Source: Clostridia bacterium
GTDB taxonomy: Bacteria; Bacillota; Clostridia; CAKSNL01; HGM11501
Length of the DNA stretch: 64,000 bases
Assembly: GCA_045545475.1 (NCBI GenBank)
Contig: JAZQAZ010000017.1
Coordinates: 11,973-75,972 of the forward strand
Direction of reading: 5' to 3'
Under the pieces are notes generated by a model. The model worked only from the letters and a program-made list of their open reading frames with translations. It had not been told where the DNA came from and did not search any database. Positions 40,090 to 50,658 of this stretch are shown piece after piece. Position 1 is the stretch's first letter. The number at the start of each line of letters is the position of its first letter. The position numbers and the translations under genes were made by a program.

Positions 40090-40374
40090 ATGGAACCCGG
40101 AGATTTGGTACTGTCGGAAAAAGGAAGAGACAAAGACCGATATTACGTGGTAATGGAAGTCTGGCCGGAATACTGCTTTATAGCAGACGGCGACATCCGA
40201 AAAACAGACAGACCGAAGAAGAAAAAAATCAAACACGTTGTGCAGACTGGCTTTGACAGTGAGTTTATTAAAAAGAAATTCGCAGAAGGTCAAAGGGTAA
40301 CAAATACCGAACTGCGCAATGAAATAAGCAAATTTATTAACTCGCTTAATCCATCGGCATTTCCGGTGGAATAA
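40090..40374 (+). CDS. KOW-domain RNA-binding protein (L14e-like)
   Basis: GDLV.S..GRD, IADGD.R...PKKK..KH; located between map and infA. Confidence 0.85.
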   Translation: MEPGDLVLSEKGRDKDRYYVVMEVWPEYCFIADGDIRKTDRPKKKKIKHVVQTGFDSEFIKKKFAEGQRVTNTELRNEISKFINSLNPSAFPVE

Positions 40375-40389
40375 AGGAGGTAGAAAACC

Positions 40390-40751
<362 letters not shown>

Positions 40752-40805
40752 TTCCCACTAAGAAAAATATTTTTATGACATGCGAAAGCAGGAGGTGTAA
40801 GTTAA

Positions 40806-41177
40806 ATGGCTAGAATTGCCGGTGTAGATTTACCGAGAGAAAAGCGTATCGAAATTGGTCTTACCGCCGTTTACGGAATTGGTCGCACAACTGCGACTGA
40901 AATTCTTACAAAAGCAGGCGTAAATCCTGACATCAGAGTTAAGGATCTTACTGACGATGATCTTGCAAAGATCAGAGAAGTAATGGCTACTGAAGAGTAC
41001 AAGGTTGAAGGTGACCTTCGTCGCGATACAGCTCTCGACATTAAGAGACTCGTTGAGATCGGCTGCTACAGAGGAATGAGACATAGAAAAGGTCTTCCCG
41101 TAAGAGGTCAGCGTACCAAGACGAATGCTCGTACCAGAAAAGGTCCCAGAAAGACCATGGCGAACAAGAAGAAATAA
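40806..41177 (+). CDS. rpsM: 30S ribosomal protein S13
   Basis: [25 protein letters not shown]. Confidence 0.98.
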   Translation: MARIAGVDLPREKRIEIGLTAVYGIGRTTATEILTKAGVNPDIRVKDLTDDDLAKIREVMATEEYKVEGDLRRDTALDIKRLVEIGCYRGMRHRKGLPVRGQRTKTNARTRKGPRKTMANKKK

Positions 41178-41199
41178 TAAGTAAGGGAGGATATTTTTC

Positions 41200-41601
41200 A
41201 TGGCTAAGACTGTTGTGGCTAAGAAAGCTGTTAGACGTCGTAAAGAGCGCAAGAATATCGAGCGCGGCGCCGTTCATATCAGCTCCACATTTAATAACAC
41301 AATTGTAACAATAACAGACACTGCAGGAAACGCTCTTTCCTGGGCAAGTGCAGGTGGATTAGGATTCCGCGGTTCAAAGAAGAGCACTCCTTTCGCAGCT
41401 CAGACAGCTGCTGAAACAGCAGCAAAGGCTGCTATGGAGCACGGCCTTAAAACTGTAGAAGTTTATGTAAAGGGCCCCGGTGCAGGTAGAGAAGCTGCTA
41501 TTCGAGCTCTTCAGGCAGCTGGTCTTGAGATCAGCATGATTAAGGACGTAACACCCATTCCTCACAATGGATGTCGCCCGCCCAAGCGTAGAAGAGTTTG
41601 A
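41200..41601 (+). CDS. rpsK: 30S ribosomal protein S11
   Basis: [25 protein letters not shown]. Confidence 0.98.
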   Translation: MAKTVVAKKAVRRRKERKNIERGAVHISSTFNNTIVTITDTAGNALSWASAGGLGFRGSKKSTPFAAQTAAETAAKAAMEHGLKTVEVYVKGPGAGREAAIRALQAAGLEISMIKDVTPIPHNGCRPPKRRRV

Positions 41602-41627
41602 TTTAGGGGAAAGGAGGAAGTTTATTT

Positions 41628-42221
41628 ATGGCTAGAAATACACAGCCCATCGTTAAAAGATGTAAGACGCTCGGAATTGAGCCCGGCGTAATGGGTTATA
41701 ACAAGACAACAAACAGAAACCCCAATCCGAACAGAAAGAAAAAGTCGGAATACGGTATTCAGCTTAATGAAAAGCAGAAGGTTAAGTTCATTTACGGCGT
41801 ACTTGAGAAGCAGTTCAGAAAGTACTATGTAATGGCAACCAAGAGACACGGTATCACAGGTGAAATGTTACTTCAGATTCTTGAATCAAGACTGGATAAC
41901 GTTGTATACCGTTTAGGTCTTGCTAACACCCGTCGTGAATCAAGACAGATCGTTGTTCACGGTCACGTTACCTTAAACGGTAAGAAGGTTAATATTCCTT
42001 CTATCCTTGTTAAGCCCGGCGACGTTATCGCTGTAACTGAAAAGTGCAAGAGTAACGATCATTTCAAAGCAATCTTTGAAGCAAACGAAGGCAGAATCAT
42101 CCCCAAGTGGCTTGATTTTGATAAGAATACCCTTACAGGTAAGGTAGTAAGCCTTGCTGAGCGTACGGATATTGATTTCCCCGTTGAGGAAACTCTTATT
42201 GTCGAGTTGTACTCTAAGTAA
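41628..42221 (+). CDS. rpsD: 30S ribosomal protein S4
   Basis: SEYG.QL.EKQK, LESRLDNVVYR, IVELYSK. Confidence 0.98.
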   Translation: MARNTQPIVKRCKTLGIEPGVMGYNKTTNRNPNPNRKKKSEYGIQLNEKQKVKFIYGVLEKQFRKYYVMATKRHGITGEMLLQILESRLDNVVYRLGLANTRRESRQIVVHGHVTLNGKKVNIPSILVKPGDVIAVTEKCKSNDHFKAIFEANEGRIIPKWLDFDKNTLTGKVVSLAERTDIDFPVEETLIVELYSK

Positions 42222-42277
42222 GATTTGCTCCCTCATTGTAAAATTAATTAAATTAATAAAGGGAGGTAGCGCTTATC

Positions 42278-43228
42278 ATGATAGAAATAGAAAAGCCTAA
42301 AATAAGCTGTACAGAGCTTAATGATGAAAAGACTTACGGAAAGTTTGTTGTAGAACCTCTTGAAAGAGGTTACGGCACGACACTTGGTAACTCTCTTAGA
42401 AGAATCCTTTTGTCGTCGCTTCCCGGTGTTGCTGCTACCAGCGTTAAGATTGACGGAGTGCTTCATGAGTTCTCCACAATTAACGGTGTGAAGGAAGACG
42501 TAACAGATATCATTATCAACATCAAGCAGCTTATTGTAAAGCTTCACGGGGAAGGCCCTAAAACCATCTATATAGATGCAAAGGGCGAACAGGAGATTAC
42601 AGCCGCTGACATAAAGCATGACAGCGACGTTGAAATCATCAACGGTGATCTTCATATAGCAACCCTTAACGAGGACGCTAAACTGTATATGGAAATCACA
42701 ATCGGAAAGGGCAGAGGTTATGTAAGTGCTGAGCGTAATAAACAGAATCAGCAGCCTATAATCGGCCTTATCAGTGTGGACTCCATCTACACCCCCGTAC
42801 CCAAGGTAAATTACTATGTGGAAAACACACGTGTAGGACAGATTACCGACTATGACAAGCTTACACTTGAAGTTTGGACTAACGGTACTTTGACTCCTGA
42901 CGAGGCAATTTCCTTAGGTGCAAAAATATTAAACGAACATCTTAATCTGTTCATCGACTTGTCTGACGATGCAAAGAATGCCGAGATTATGGTAGAAAAA
43001 GCAGCGCCCAGCCAGAGTAAACTTCTGGAAATGACAATCGAAGAACTTGATCTCTCAGTACGTTCCTACAACTGCTTAAAGCGTGCAGGAATCAACACTG
43101 TTGACGATCTTATTCAGAGAACAGACGAAGATATGATGAAGGTTAGAAACTTAGGACGTAAGTCTTTGGAAGAAGTTATTAATAAGCTTCATGGCCTTGG
43201 ACTTTCATTGGCGTCCGAAGAAGAATAA
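42278..43228 (+). CDS. rpoA: RNA polymerase alpha subunit
   Basis: [34 protein letters not shown]. Confidence 0.98.
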   Translation: MIEIEKPKISCTELNDEKTYGKFVVEPLERGYGTTLGNSLRRILLSSLPGVAATSVKIDGVLHEFSTINGVKEDVTDIIINIKQLIVKLHGEGPKTIYIDAKGEQEITAADIKHDSDVEIINGDLHIATLNEDAKLYMEITIGKGRGYVSAERNKQNQQPIIGLISVDSIYTPVPKVNYYVENTRVGQITDYDKLTLEVWTNGTLTPDEAISLGAKILNEHLNLFIDLSDDAKNAEIMVEKAAPSQSKLLEMTIEELDLSVRSYNCLKRAGINTVDDLIQRTDEDMMKVRNLGRKSLEEVINKLHGLGLSLASEEE

Positions 43229-43241
43229 GGAGGTGCGTTAG

Positions 43242-43583
43242 ATGCCCGGTACAAGAAAATTAGGTCGTAAGACCGATATCAGAATAGCTATGCTCAAGAA
43301 TCTGGTTACCGCACTTTTAGAAAACGGCAAGATTTCCACCACAGAAGCACGTGCGAAGGAAATCCGTCCCATCGCTGAAAAGATGATCACTCTTGGTAAG
43401 AAGAACACTCTTCATACAAGAAGACAGGCTCTTGCTTTCATTCAGAGCGAAGACGTTGTAAAGAAGCTGTTTGATGAGATTGCTCCCAAGTATGCAGAAC
43501 GCAACGGAGGATACACCAGAATTTATAAGGGCGGAGTAAGACGCGGTGACGCGGCTCCTACTGCCATCATCGAGCTGGTTTAA
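43242..43583 (+). CDS. rplQ: 50S ribosomal protein L17
   Basis: [19 protein letters not shown]. Confidence 0.98.
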   Translation: MPGTRKLGRKTDIRIAMLKNLVTALLENGKISTTEARAKEIRPIAEKMITLGKKNTLHTRRQALAFIQSEDVVKKLFDEIAPKYAERNGGYTRIYKGGVRRGDAAPTAIIELV

Positions 43584-43593
43584 TTCAAAGCTT

Positions 43594-43628
43594 AAAAAAC
43601 ACCGTTCCAAAAGGAACGGTGTTTTTTT
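43594..43628. terminator. Bidirectional terminator ending the ribosomal cluster
   Basis: AAAAAACACCGTTCC/GGAACGGTGTTTTTT. Confidence 0.9.
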
Positions 43629-43637
43629 GTGTTAAAA

Positions 43638-44189
43638 TCAATTTTCTTCTTTTTTAAGTCTTGGCAGAACATCAAATCTTATTATTCCGATAATTAATGA
43701 TACAAGCAATACTCCGTCGGCGATGGCACCTTCGTAAGATGTAACCGCAAGATTGTAGCAAAGGTAACATATATGAGTTAAAAAGGAAACTGTTCTTATT
43801 ACAGTTGTATTTTTATTTCCGTATGCAATGGTTGAAAGGTCTTTCGCAAAAATAAGCATTATGCTTTTAAATCCTTCAAATGTCCATATGCCGAAGGCGG
43901 TAAATATAACACAGAAAATTATCTGGAAAACCGTGGTTTTCTTGCCCGCTGCTACCTGCTTTGTAAAAATGATGTTTCTTACGCATCCAACGGCATTAAG
44001 GATTCCTCCTGAATATGCACCAAGCAGGAAATACTGCAGAATAAATAGTGCTTCATTAACTGTTCTGAAAAATAAAATGTGCTTGTGCTTTTTAAACTGG
44101 AAAGATAAAAAGTTAGCACCAAGTCCTAAAATACCAACTGTACGGGTTATAATAAGCTCAAGCAGTGGTGTTATAGTAAAAAATGGCAT
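43638..44189 (-). CDS. YgjV-family inner membrane protein
   Basis: SFQFK, QYFLLGAYSG, several TM helices. Confidence 0.65.
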   Translation of the reverse strand: MPFFTITPLLELIITRTVGILGLGANFLSFQFKKHKHILFFRTVNEALFILQYFLLGAYSGGILNAVGCVRNIIFTKQVAAGKKTTVFQIIFCVIFTAFGIWTFEGFKSIMLIFAKDLSTIAYGNKNTTVIRTVSFLTHICYLCYNLAVTSYEGAIADGVLLVSLIIGIIRFDVLPRLKKEEN

Positions 44190-44307
44190 AATAAAATCTC
44201 CTTGCATTTAACTATCTTATGTGCTATACTATAACACAAGACAGAAATAAACACAATAGTTGTTCAAAATATTGATAAATGAACATTTTTGTGAACGGAG
44301 TGATGCC

Positions 44308-45003
44308 ATGAAACTCAGCGAAAGACAAAGGGAAATATTCAATCTTATATGCGAAAATAAGAAAATGTCCGTGGAGGAGTTAACTGCTGCCGTGTATGTT
44401 TCGGGAATGACGGTGAGAAGGGATTTAGCGGAGCTTTCTAAAAACGGTTATGTAAAAAGATACCGTGGTGGGGCAATGTGCCTGCCGGAAAACAATAGCT
44501 TTCCCGTTTCTTCCCGCATGCACATTGAAGAGGATGAAAAAAGAGCACTTGCCAAAAAGGCGGCGGAATTTTTGAAAGACGGCTTAAATATATTTATCGA
44601 TAGCTCATCAACATGCCAGTTTATAATCCCTCACATAAAAAAATTTGAAAATATAAAAATAATAACAAACTCGGTAAATGCACTTATTTCGGCATCAGAA
44701 TTTCACATTCCTTGTTTTATAATCGGAGGACAGTATTTAGAAAGCGATATGTGTTTTATCGGAACTGCGGCGGAAAAACAGGCCGAAAATCTCAATGTGG
44801 ATATAGCTTTTATCTCCACTCAGGGAATAACGGAGGACGGCGTTATCACAGATTCATCTCCCCAAATAACAGGCGTTAAGGAAGAAATAATGAAAAATGC
44901 AAAGCACACGGTGTTCCTTTTTGAGAAATCGAAAATCGGAATAAAAGGGCTTTATACCGTTTGCCGCAAGAATGATGAAAACGTGACGGTGGTTACGCTA
45001 TGA
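44308..45003 (+). CDS. DeoR/GlpR-family transcriptional regulator
   Basis: VSGMTVRRDL, RYRGGA, IFIDSSST, IITNS. Confidence 0.9.
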   Translation: MKLSERQREIFNLICENKKMSVEELTAAVYVSGMTVRRDLAELSKNGYVKRYRGGAMCLPENNSFPVSSRMHIEEDEKRALAKKAAEFLKDGLNIFIDSSSTCQFIIPHIKKFENIKIITNSVNALISASEFHIPCFIIGGQYLESDMCFIGTAAEKQAENLNVDIAFISTQGITEDGVITDSSPQITGVKEEIMKNAKHTVFLFEKSKIGIKGLYTVCRKNDENVTVVTL

Positions 45004-45081
45004 AGAAGGGGTTATATTGATTAAATTCTGAAATTGTGTTATACTACCAACATAAAGATATGGTTATGGAGGAACTTGGCA

Positions 45082-45890
45082 ATGGAAAAATTAAAAGTTG
45101 CGGTTGAAAAAAACAGACAGCTTATTTTAGATGCTGAAAGGTATATATGGAAAAATCCCGAAACGGGATATAAAGAGGTGAAAACTTCAAAATATATGGC
45201 GGACGCTTTCCGTACCCTTGGCTATGAACTTACCATGGCAGAGGGAATAACAGGCTTTTGTACTGTTATTGACACGGGAAAAGAGGGCCCCACACTTCTT
45301 ATATTAGGTGAGCTTGATTCAATAATATGTCCAAATCATCCCGAATCCGATCCAGAAACCGGAGCAGTTCACTCATGCGGACACAACGCACAGTGTGCGG
45401 CACTTCTTGGTATTGCCGCCGCTCTTAAAGAACCTGGCGTGCTTGAGGGTTTATGCGGAAGGATAATGCTCCGCTTGTAAACGATAACGGGCTTATTGAA
45501 ATTACGAAAGAAGCGGCAGGAAAAATACTGCCCGAATATACATTCACCATCAATGAAGGGATAAGCTCAGGAAGCACAGATATGGGCGACCTTTGCTGCA
45601 TTATGCCCGTAGTTCACCCTTATGCAGGCGGTGCGAAGGGAACAGCACACGGAAGCGATTATTATATAGTCGACCCGGAAGCAGCCTGCATTGCATCGGC
45701 AAAAATGCAGATGGCAATGCTTTATATTCTTCTTTCAGACGAGGCAAAGCGTGCAAAAGAAATAATTAAAAACTATAAGCCGTTATTTGCTTCTAAGGAA
45801 GAATATTTTGCTTATGTTGACTCCTTAAATAAAGCAGGAGACAGAATAAAGTACGGCGAAAGCGGAGAAGCGATAGTTGATACACTGTAA
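45082..45890 (+). pseudogene. M20 amidohydrolase with central deletion and frameshift
   Basis: N-part has NPETGYKE, GELD, HSCGHNAQ; C-part in another frame has GSTDMGD and AHG; the PAEE motif and dimerisation domain are missing. Confidence 0.75.
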
Positions 45891-45965
45891 AATGAACTTG
45901 CAAAGAATAGAATTTTGTGGTAAAATATAATTCGATTTTTCAGAGTAAGCTTTTTGGAGGCAAAT

Positions 45966-47114
45966 ATGAAAAAGATACAAAGTAACTGGATAAAAATGCT
46001 CCTGCTTGGTGCATTCCTTATTTTGTTTTACAGGGTTACTGAGAACTACAAAGGAAGCCTTGATTGGATAGGTGATTTTATAGGAGTATTTACACCCTGC
46101 ATAATAGGGGTGGTTATAGCTTTCTTTCTGTGGAAACCGGCAGAAAAGCTAGAAGTGCTTATAGGAAAAGCGAAATGGAATTTTTTAAGAAGCCATAAAA
46201 AGGCGGTATCAATTTTAAGTATTTATCTTATTATTGTCATCATTATGGCACTTGCGGTTAATTTTATCCTTCCTGTACTATCTAAAAACGTGAAGGATCT
46301 GGCAATTAATGCTCCTTCATATATAGATAAAGCTGATAAATTCCTGAAAGAAAACAAATATCTTTCAGAGATAGATATTTTTGAGACAATGAACGGGAAG
46401 CTGGAGAACTTTGTTAAAGAAAATCTTACTTTAAGCAATATAAATAAGTATATTTCGGTACTGGGTAATATTGCAGGTTCTTTCCTTAATTTCTTTTTAG
46501 GAATTGTTTTTTCCATATATATTCTTTTTGACCGTGAAGGAATTAAAAAATTCTGGAAAACCGTGGGAGATAAGTTTCTTTCCGGAAAAGGCGGCATTGT
46601 TTTAAGAAAGTACATTGCGAAAACTGTAGGGTTGTTTTATTCCTATTTTTCAGGTCTTGCCATAGATGCTCTGATAGTTGGATTTGTAACATCGGTTGCA
46701 CTTGGAATTTTCCGTGTGCCTTATGCTGTGCTTCTCGGTGTTTTGGCGGCAATAGGAAATATGGTGCCGTTCTTCGGACCTATTGTGGCAACGGTTGTGA
46801 CTTTTATAATAAGTATGCTTACTGTAGGGCCTGTCAACGCACTTTGGATTATTGCTTTCCAGATAATACTGGGACAGGTTGATTCAAATATTATTCAACC
46901 AAAAATATTAAGTAAATCCACCGGAGTAAGTCCGCTGCTGGTTCTTTTTGCTGTGATAGTATTCGGTGAATTGTTCGGATTTTTCGGAATGGTTTTGGGA
47001 GTACCGCTGATTGCCACGATTAAGATGATTGCGGACGATTATTTTGATAACGGAGAACTTGACGGCAGCATGCCGGAAGATATAACAAAGAAAGGAAATG
47101 ATATAAATGAGTGA
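45966..47114 (+). CDS. AI-2E family transporter
   Basis: VPFFGP, NIIQPKIL, GMVLGVP; TM pattern. Confidence 0.88.
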   Translation: MKKIQSNWIKMLLLGAFLILFYRVTENYKGSLDWIGDFIGVFTPCIIGVVIAFFLWKPAEKLEVLIGKAKWNFLRSHKKAVSILSIYLIIVIIMALAVNFILPVLSKNVKDLAINAPSYIDKADKFLKENKYLSEIDIFETMNGKLENFVKENLTLSNINKYISVLGNIAGSFLNFFLGIVFSIYILFDREGIKKFWKTVGDKFLSGKGGIVLRKYIAKTVGLFYSYFSGLAIDALIVGFVTSVALGIFRVPYAVLLGVLAAIGNMVPFFGPIVATVVTFIISMLTVGPVNALWIIAFQIILGQVDSNIIQPKILSKSTGVSPLLVLFAVIVFGELFGFFGMVLGVPLIATIKMIADDYFDNGELDGSMPEDITKKGNDINE

Positions 47115-47943
47115 ATGTACACACAACTGTGAAACCTGCAATGTGGGTGATTGCGGAGAAAGAACAAAAGAAAGCTTTTTGGAAAAGCCCCACGAGCTTT
47201 CCGACATCAAAAAAGTAATAGGTATCGTAAGCGGTAAGGGCGGCGTAGGTAAAAGTCTTGTTACGGGCTTAATGTCCGTACTTTCAAGAAGAGCAGGCTT
47301 TAATACTGCGGTTCTTGACGCCGATATCACAGGTCCATCCGTTCCCAAAATGTTCGGAGCGAAGGAAAAAGCCCTTGGTGCAGAAAACGGAATTTATCCC
47401 GTTCAGACAAAAACCGGTATAAGACTTATGTCCATTAATCTTTTAATGGAAAACGAAACAGATCCTGTTGTATGGCGTGGTCCCGTTATCGCAGGTGCCG
47501 TTAAGCAGTTCTGGACAGATGTAATCTGGGGCGATGTTGACTTTATGTTTGTCGATATGCCTCCGGGAACAGGCGATGTTCCTCTTACGGTTTTCCAGTC
47601 CCTTCCTGTTGACGGAATTATCGTAGTAGCATCTCCCCAGGAGCTTGTAGGAATGATTGTTGAAAAGGCACTTAATATGGCAAAGCTTATGAATATTCCG
47701 GTTTTAGGCCTTGTTGAAAATATGAGCTATGTGACTTGCCCCGACTGCGGAAAGCAGATAAAGGTATTTGGCGAAAGCCATATTGATGAAATTGCAAAGG
47801 CGAAAGATCTTACGGTTCTCGGAAGAATTCCATTTGATCCCAAGCTTGCCGCTGCCTGCGATGCAGGTATGCTTGAGCTTTTTGAGGGCGATTGGCTTAA
47901 GGATGCAGAAGCTCTCCTTGAAAAGCTCTGTCCCGAAGAATGA
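47107..47943 (+). CDS. Mrp/NBP35 Fe-S carrier ATPase
   Basis: N-terminal Cys cluster, SGKGGVGKS, DMPPGTGD, ENMS..CPDC. Confidence 0.92.
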   Translation: MSECTHNCETCNVGDCGERTKESFLEKPHELSDIKKVIGIVSGKGGVGKSLVTGLMSVLSRRAGFNTAVLDADITGPSVPKMFGAKEKALGAENGIYPVQTKTGIRLMSINLLMENETDPVVWRGPVIAGAVKQFWTDVIWGDVDFMFVDMPPGTGDVPLTVFQSLPVDGIIVVASPQELVGMIVEKALNMAKLMNIPVLGLVENMSYVTCPDCGKQIKVFGESHIDEIAKAKDLTVLGRIPFDPKLAAACDAGMLELFEGDWLKDAEALLEKLCPEE

Positions 47944-48779
47944 AAAATTATAAAATTGATGAGATAGGCGGAACACTATTAAACCTCAAGGTAAAGAGAA
48001 ATGCAGGAAAAACCTTTGTACCGCCTCATACACATGACTTTGCGGAGATTGTTTATATATACAGCGGAAGCGGTGTCCACGAAATCGGTGATGTAAGCTA
48101 CAGTGCAAAGGAAGGGGACTTACTTTATGTAAATCCCGGAGAAAGGCACGCCTACAGCACCGAGGGAAATATGGATTTTTACGAGGTTTTATTGAAAGGT
48201 GAATTCTTCAGCGAAAATGAGGCACTTTCCGATAACATATTTGCACTTTTTATGCTTACCGCATTTTCCGATTTTGAAAGCGAAATAACGGAAAACGGAA
48301 GAAAAGTCAGCTTTCATAAGGAAGAAGGAATGACAGAGCTTTTCAAATGCCTTGAGAAGGAATATAAAAATGCCGAAGCAGGGTACGAAACAGTAGTGAG
48401 AAGTTTAGTTTCCATAATTCTTGTAAAGCTTTTCAGAAAGCTTTCATTGCACGATGATAAAACCTCGGAAAAGATAAATTCAAAGTTTTCGGAGTATATA
48501 AAAAAGCATTCGGGAGAGAGAATTACGCTGTCAAGCGTGGCAAAGGAGTTTTTGTATAATCCATCCTATTTTTCAAGGATGTTCAAAAATTACTTCGGAA
48601 TGACCTTTTCAGAATATGTGGGCAGAGAACGGATTGAAAAGGCAGGAAAGATGCTTCGTGAAAGCGATATGTCCGTAAGCGAGATTGCGGCAGAGGCTGG
48701 CTTTTCCAATATGAATATGTTTTATAAAAAGTTCAGAGAGTATAAGGGATGCCTTCCTGCCGAGTACAGAAAAAAGTAA
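47940..48779 (+). CDS. AraC-family regulator with cupin sensor domain
   Basis: HTHDFAE, PGERH, C-terminal double HTH. Confidence 0.9.
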   Translation: MKNYKIDEIGGTLLNLKVKRNAGKTFVPPHTHDFAEIVYIYSGSGVHEIGDVSYSAKEGDLLYVNPGERHAYSTEGNMDFYEVLLKGEFFSENEALSDNIFALFMLTAFSDFESEITENGRKVSFHKEEGMTELFKCLEKEYKNAEAGYETVVRSLVSIILVKLFRKLSLHDDKTSEKINSKFSEYIKKHSGERITLSSVAKEFLYNPSYFSRMFKNYFGMTFSEYVGRERIEKAGKMLRESDMSVSEIAAEAGFSNMNMFYKKFREYKGCLPAEYRKK

Positions 48780-48839
48780 AAATCTGATAGTTAAAAGTAA
48801 AAAGATGCTATTTTTTATATAGCATCTTTTTTGTATAAT
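48772..48839 (+). promoter_or_regulatory. 21-bp direct repeat plus -10 TATAAT upstream of the ARH-family gene
   Basis: AAAAGTAAAAATCTGATAGTT / AAAAGTAAAAAGATGCTATTT; overlapping inverted repeat AAAAGATGCTAT/ATAGCATCTTTT. Confidence 0.55.
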
Positions 48840-48858
48840 AAAATTAAGGAGGGATAAT

Positions 48859-50340
48859 ATGTTATACTTAAATAAAGAAGAATTAAGAGATAAAATTTTC
48901 GGCTGCTGGATTGGTAAAAATATAGGCGGAACCATGGGTGCACCGTATGAGGGAAGCAGTGCTATGCAGGATATAGAAGGCTTTAAGTCAGCTAAGGGTG
49001 AGCCTCTGCCAAACGATGACCTTGACCTTCAGCTTATCTGGCTTCGTGCAGTTGAGCAGGAAGGTCCCTGGCACTTATCCGCAACGGTGCTTTCTGAATA
49101 CTGGCTTCAGTTTATAACACCCCACTGGAACGAGTACGGCGTAGGTAAAAGCAATTTGACAGCTGGTTTTTTGCCTCCCATGTCGGGCGAGCTTAACAAC
49201 GAGGTATGGCGTCACTCCAACGGTGCATGGATCCGCTCGGAAATATGGGCGTGCCTCGCTCCCGGCTATCCCGAGATTGCCTGCCGTTATGCCTTTATGG
49301 ATGCATCGGTTGACCACGGAACAAGCGAAGGAACTAATGCGGAGCTTTTCACCGCCGCACTTCAGAGCCTTGCTTTCAGGGAAAACGATGTAAGAGCGAT
49401 TATAGATAAGGCTCTTTCTTTTATTTCCGAGGAGAGCAGGGTTTATAAAAGCGTAAAAAAGGTAATTGAATTATACGATGCAGGTGTTGATTACAGAACT
49501 GCCCGTGAGGAAATAGTGAAGATGAACTCTGACCTTGGCTGGTTTCAGGCACCGTCCAATGTGGCATTTGTATTAATTGGGCTTATCTACGGCGAGGGCG
49601 ACTTTAAAAAGAGTATGATTTATTCCATTAACTGCGGCGACGATACCGACTGCACCGGTGCCACCGTCGGTGCAATTATGGGCATTTTACACGGCGGAAA
49701 AAACATTCCTTCCGACTGGAAGGAATATATCGGAGATTCCATAAAAAGCATCTGCATTGCACCTGACGATACAATGGCGGCAACAAGTTGCACAAAGCTT
49801 ACAGAACGTGTTATGAGAATGATTCCTATGGTTTTCAGGGCAAATAATATGGTTATGGAATTTACCGATGGCGAAACAAAGTATGACGATAACATAAAGG
49901 GAAGCGCCTGGTGGGATCAGACAAGTGTTGAAACACACCTTTTCGGACTTCCTGATGTAAGAGAAAAATTCAAGTTTAAACGCTACAGCTTTGAAGCCTT
50001 CCACACGGTGCATACCGACGGCTATATCGAATTTAACGGTAAGCCTGAAATTGCACCCGGTGAAGAAATTGAGCTTACCCTTTATATGAAAAACCTAAAG
50101 GTAGATCAGCGTTATGCCTATATCACACTTCATCTTCCCGAAGGATGGAGGGCCTCATATGATAGGGCGGCGTTTATCGACAGATACTATAATATAGCTC
50201 ATCCCGAACTTAAAACAGAATGTAAGATAAAGATAGCAGCAGGTGAAAAAGTTCTGCCTAAAAACAGAATCATAATGGATATTGAATTTGAGGGCAAGGC
50301 AACAGATGCCTATGCTACGATAAATATACTGGGGAAATAA
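48859..50340 (+). CDS. ADP-ribosylglycohydrolase-family protein with C-terminal beta-rich domain
   Basis: GGTMGAPYEG, NDDLD, SNGAWIR, GDDTDCTGA. Confidence 0.85.
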   Translation: MLYLNKEELRDKIFGCWIGKNIGGTMGAPYEGSSAMQDIEGFKSAKGEPLPNDDLDLQLIWLRAVEQEGPWHLSATVLSEYWLQFITPHWNEYGVGKSNLTAGFLPPMSGELNNEVWRHSNGAWIRSEIWACLAPGYPEIACRYAFMDASVDHGTSEGTNAELFTAALQSLAFRENDVRAIIDKALSFISEESRVYKSVKKVIELYDAGVDYRTAREEIVKMNSDLGWFQAPSNVAFVLIGLIYGEGDFKKSMIYSINCGDDTDCTGATVGAIMGILHGGKNIPSDWKEYIGDSIKSICIAPDDTMAATSCTKLTERVMRMIPMVFRANNMVMEFTDGETKYDDNIKGSAWWDQTSVETHLFGLPDVREKFKFKRYSFEAFHTVHTDGYIEFNGKPEIAPGEEIELTLYMKNLKVDQRYAYITLHLPEGWRASYDRAAFIDRYYNIAHPELKTECKIKIAAGEKVLPKNRIIMDIEFEGKATDAYATINILGK

Positions 50341-50343
50341 GAT

Positions 50344-50589
50344 ATGAGATGTTAAAATACTCCGGACCGCAAAAAGACAGTTTATTTTATATATTCTTAC
50401 AAAGCTTAGGTATTAAAAGCGTAAAAAAGCAGAAAAATCGCCGTACGGCGATTTTTTTATTATGAGTCTTTTTGCTGCGAACAAACTTCACCACTCGGCG
50501 TATCACATACGCCTTCGGGCAGGCGTAAAAAACTGTAAGCAGTTTTTTACGTTCAGTTTGTCCGTTCCAAAGCATTTTTCCTATCTCAT
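50344..50589. repeat. Nested inverted-repeat intergenic element (REP/MITE-like)
   Basis: 24-bp perfect palindrome at 50433-50456 and at least five further inverted pairs. Confidence 0.6.
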
Positions 50590-50590
50590 G

Positions 50591-50626
50591 AAAAAGGGGC
50601 TGTAATTATTTCACAGCCCCTTTTTT
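50591..50626. terminator. Bidirectional terminator
   Basis: AAAAAGGGGCTGT/ACAGCCCCTTTTT. Confidence 0.85.
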
Positions 50627-50658
50627 GTTAATTTAGCGCTTACGGCCCGGATGTATGC

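Noticed and set aside
45453-45480. Programmed frameshift in the amidohydrolase
   Set aside because: No slippery site, and joining the frames still leaves the catalytic middle missing
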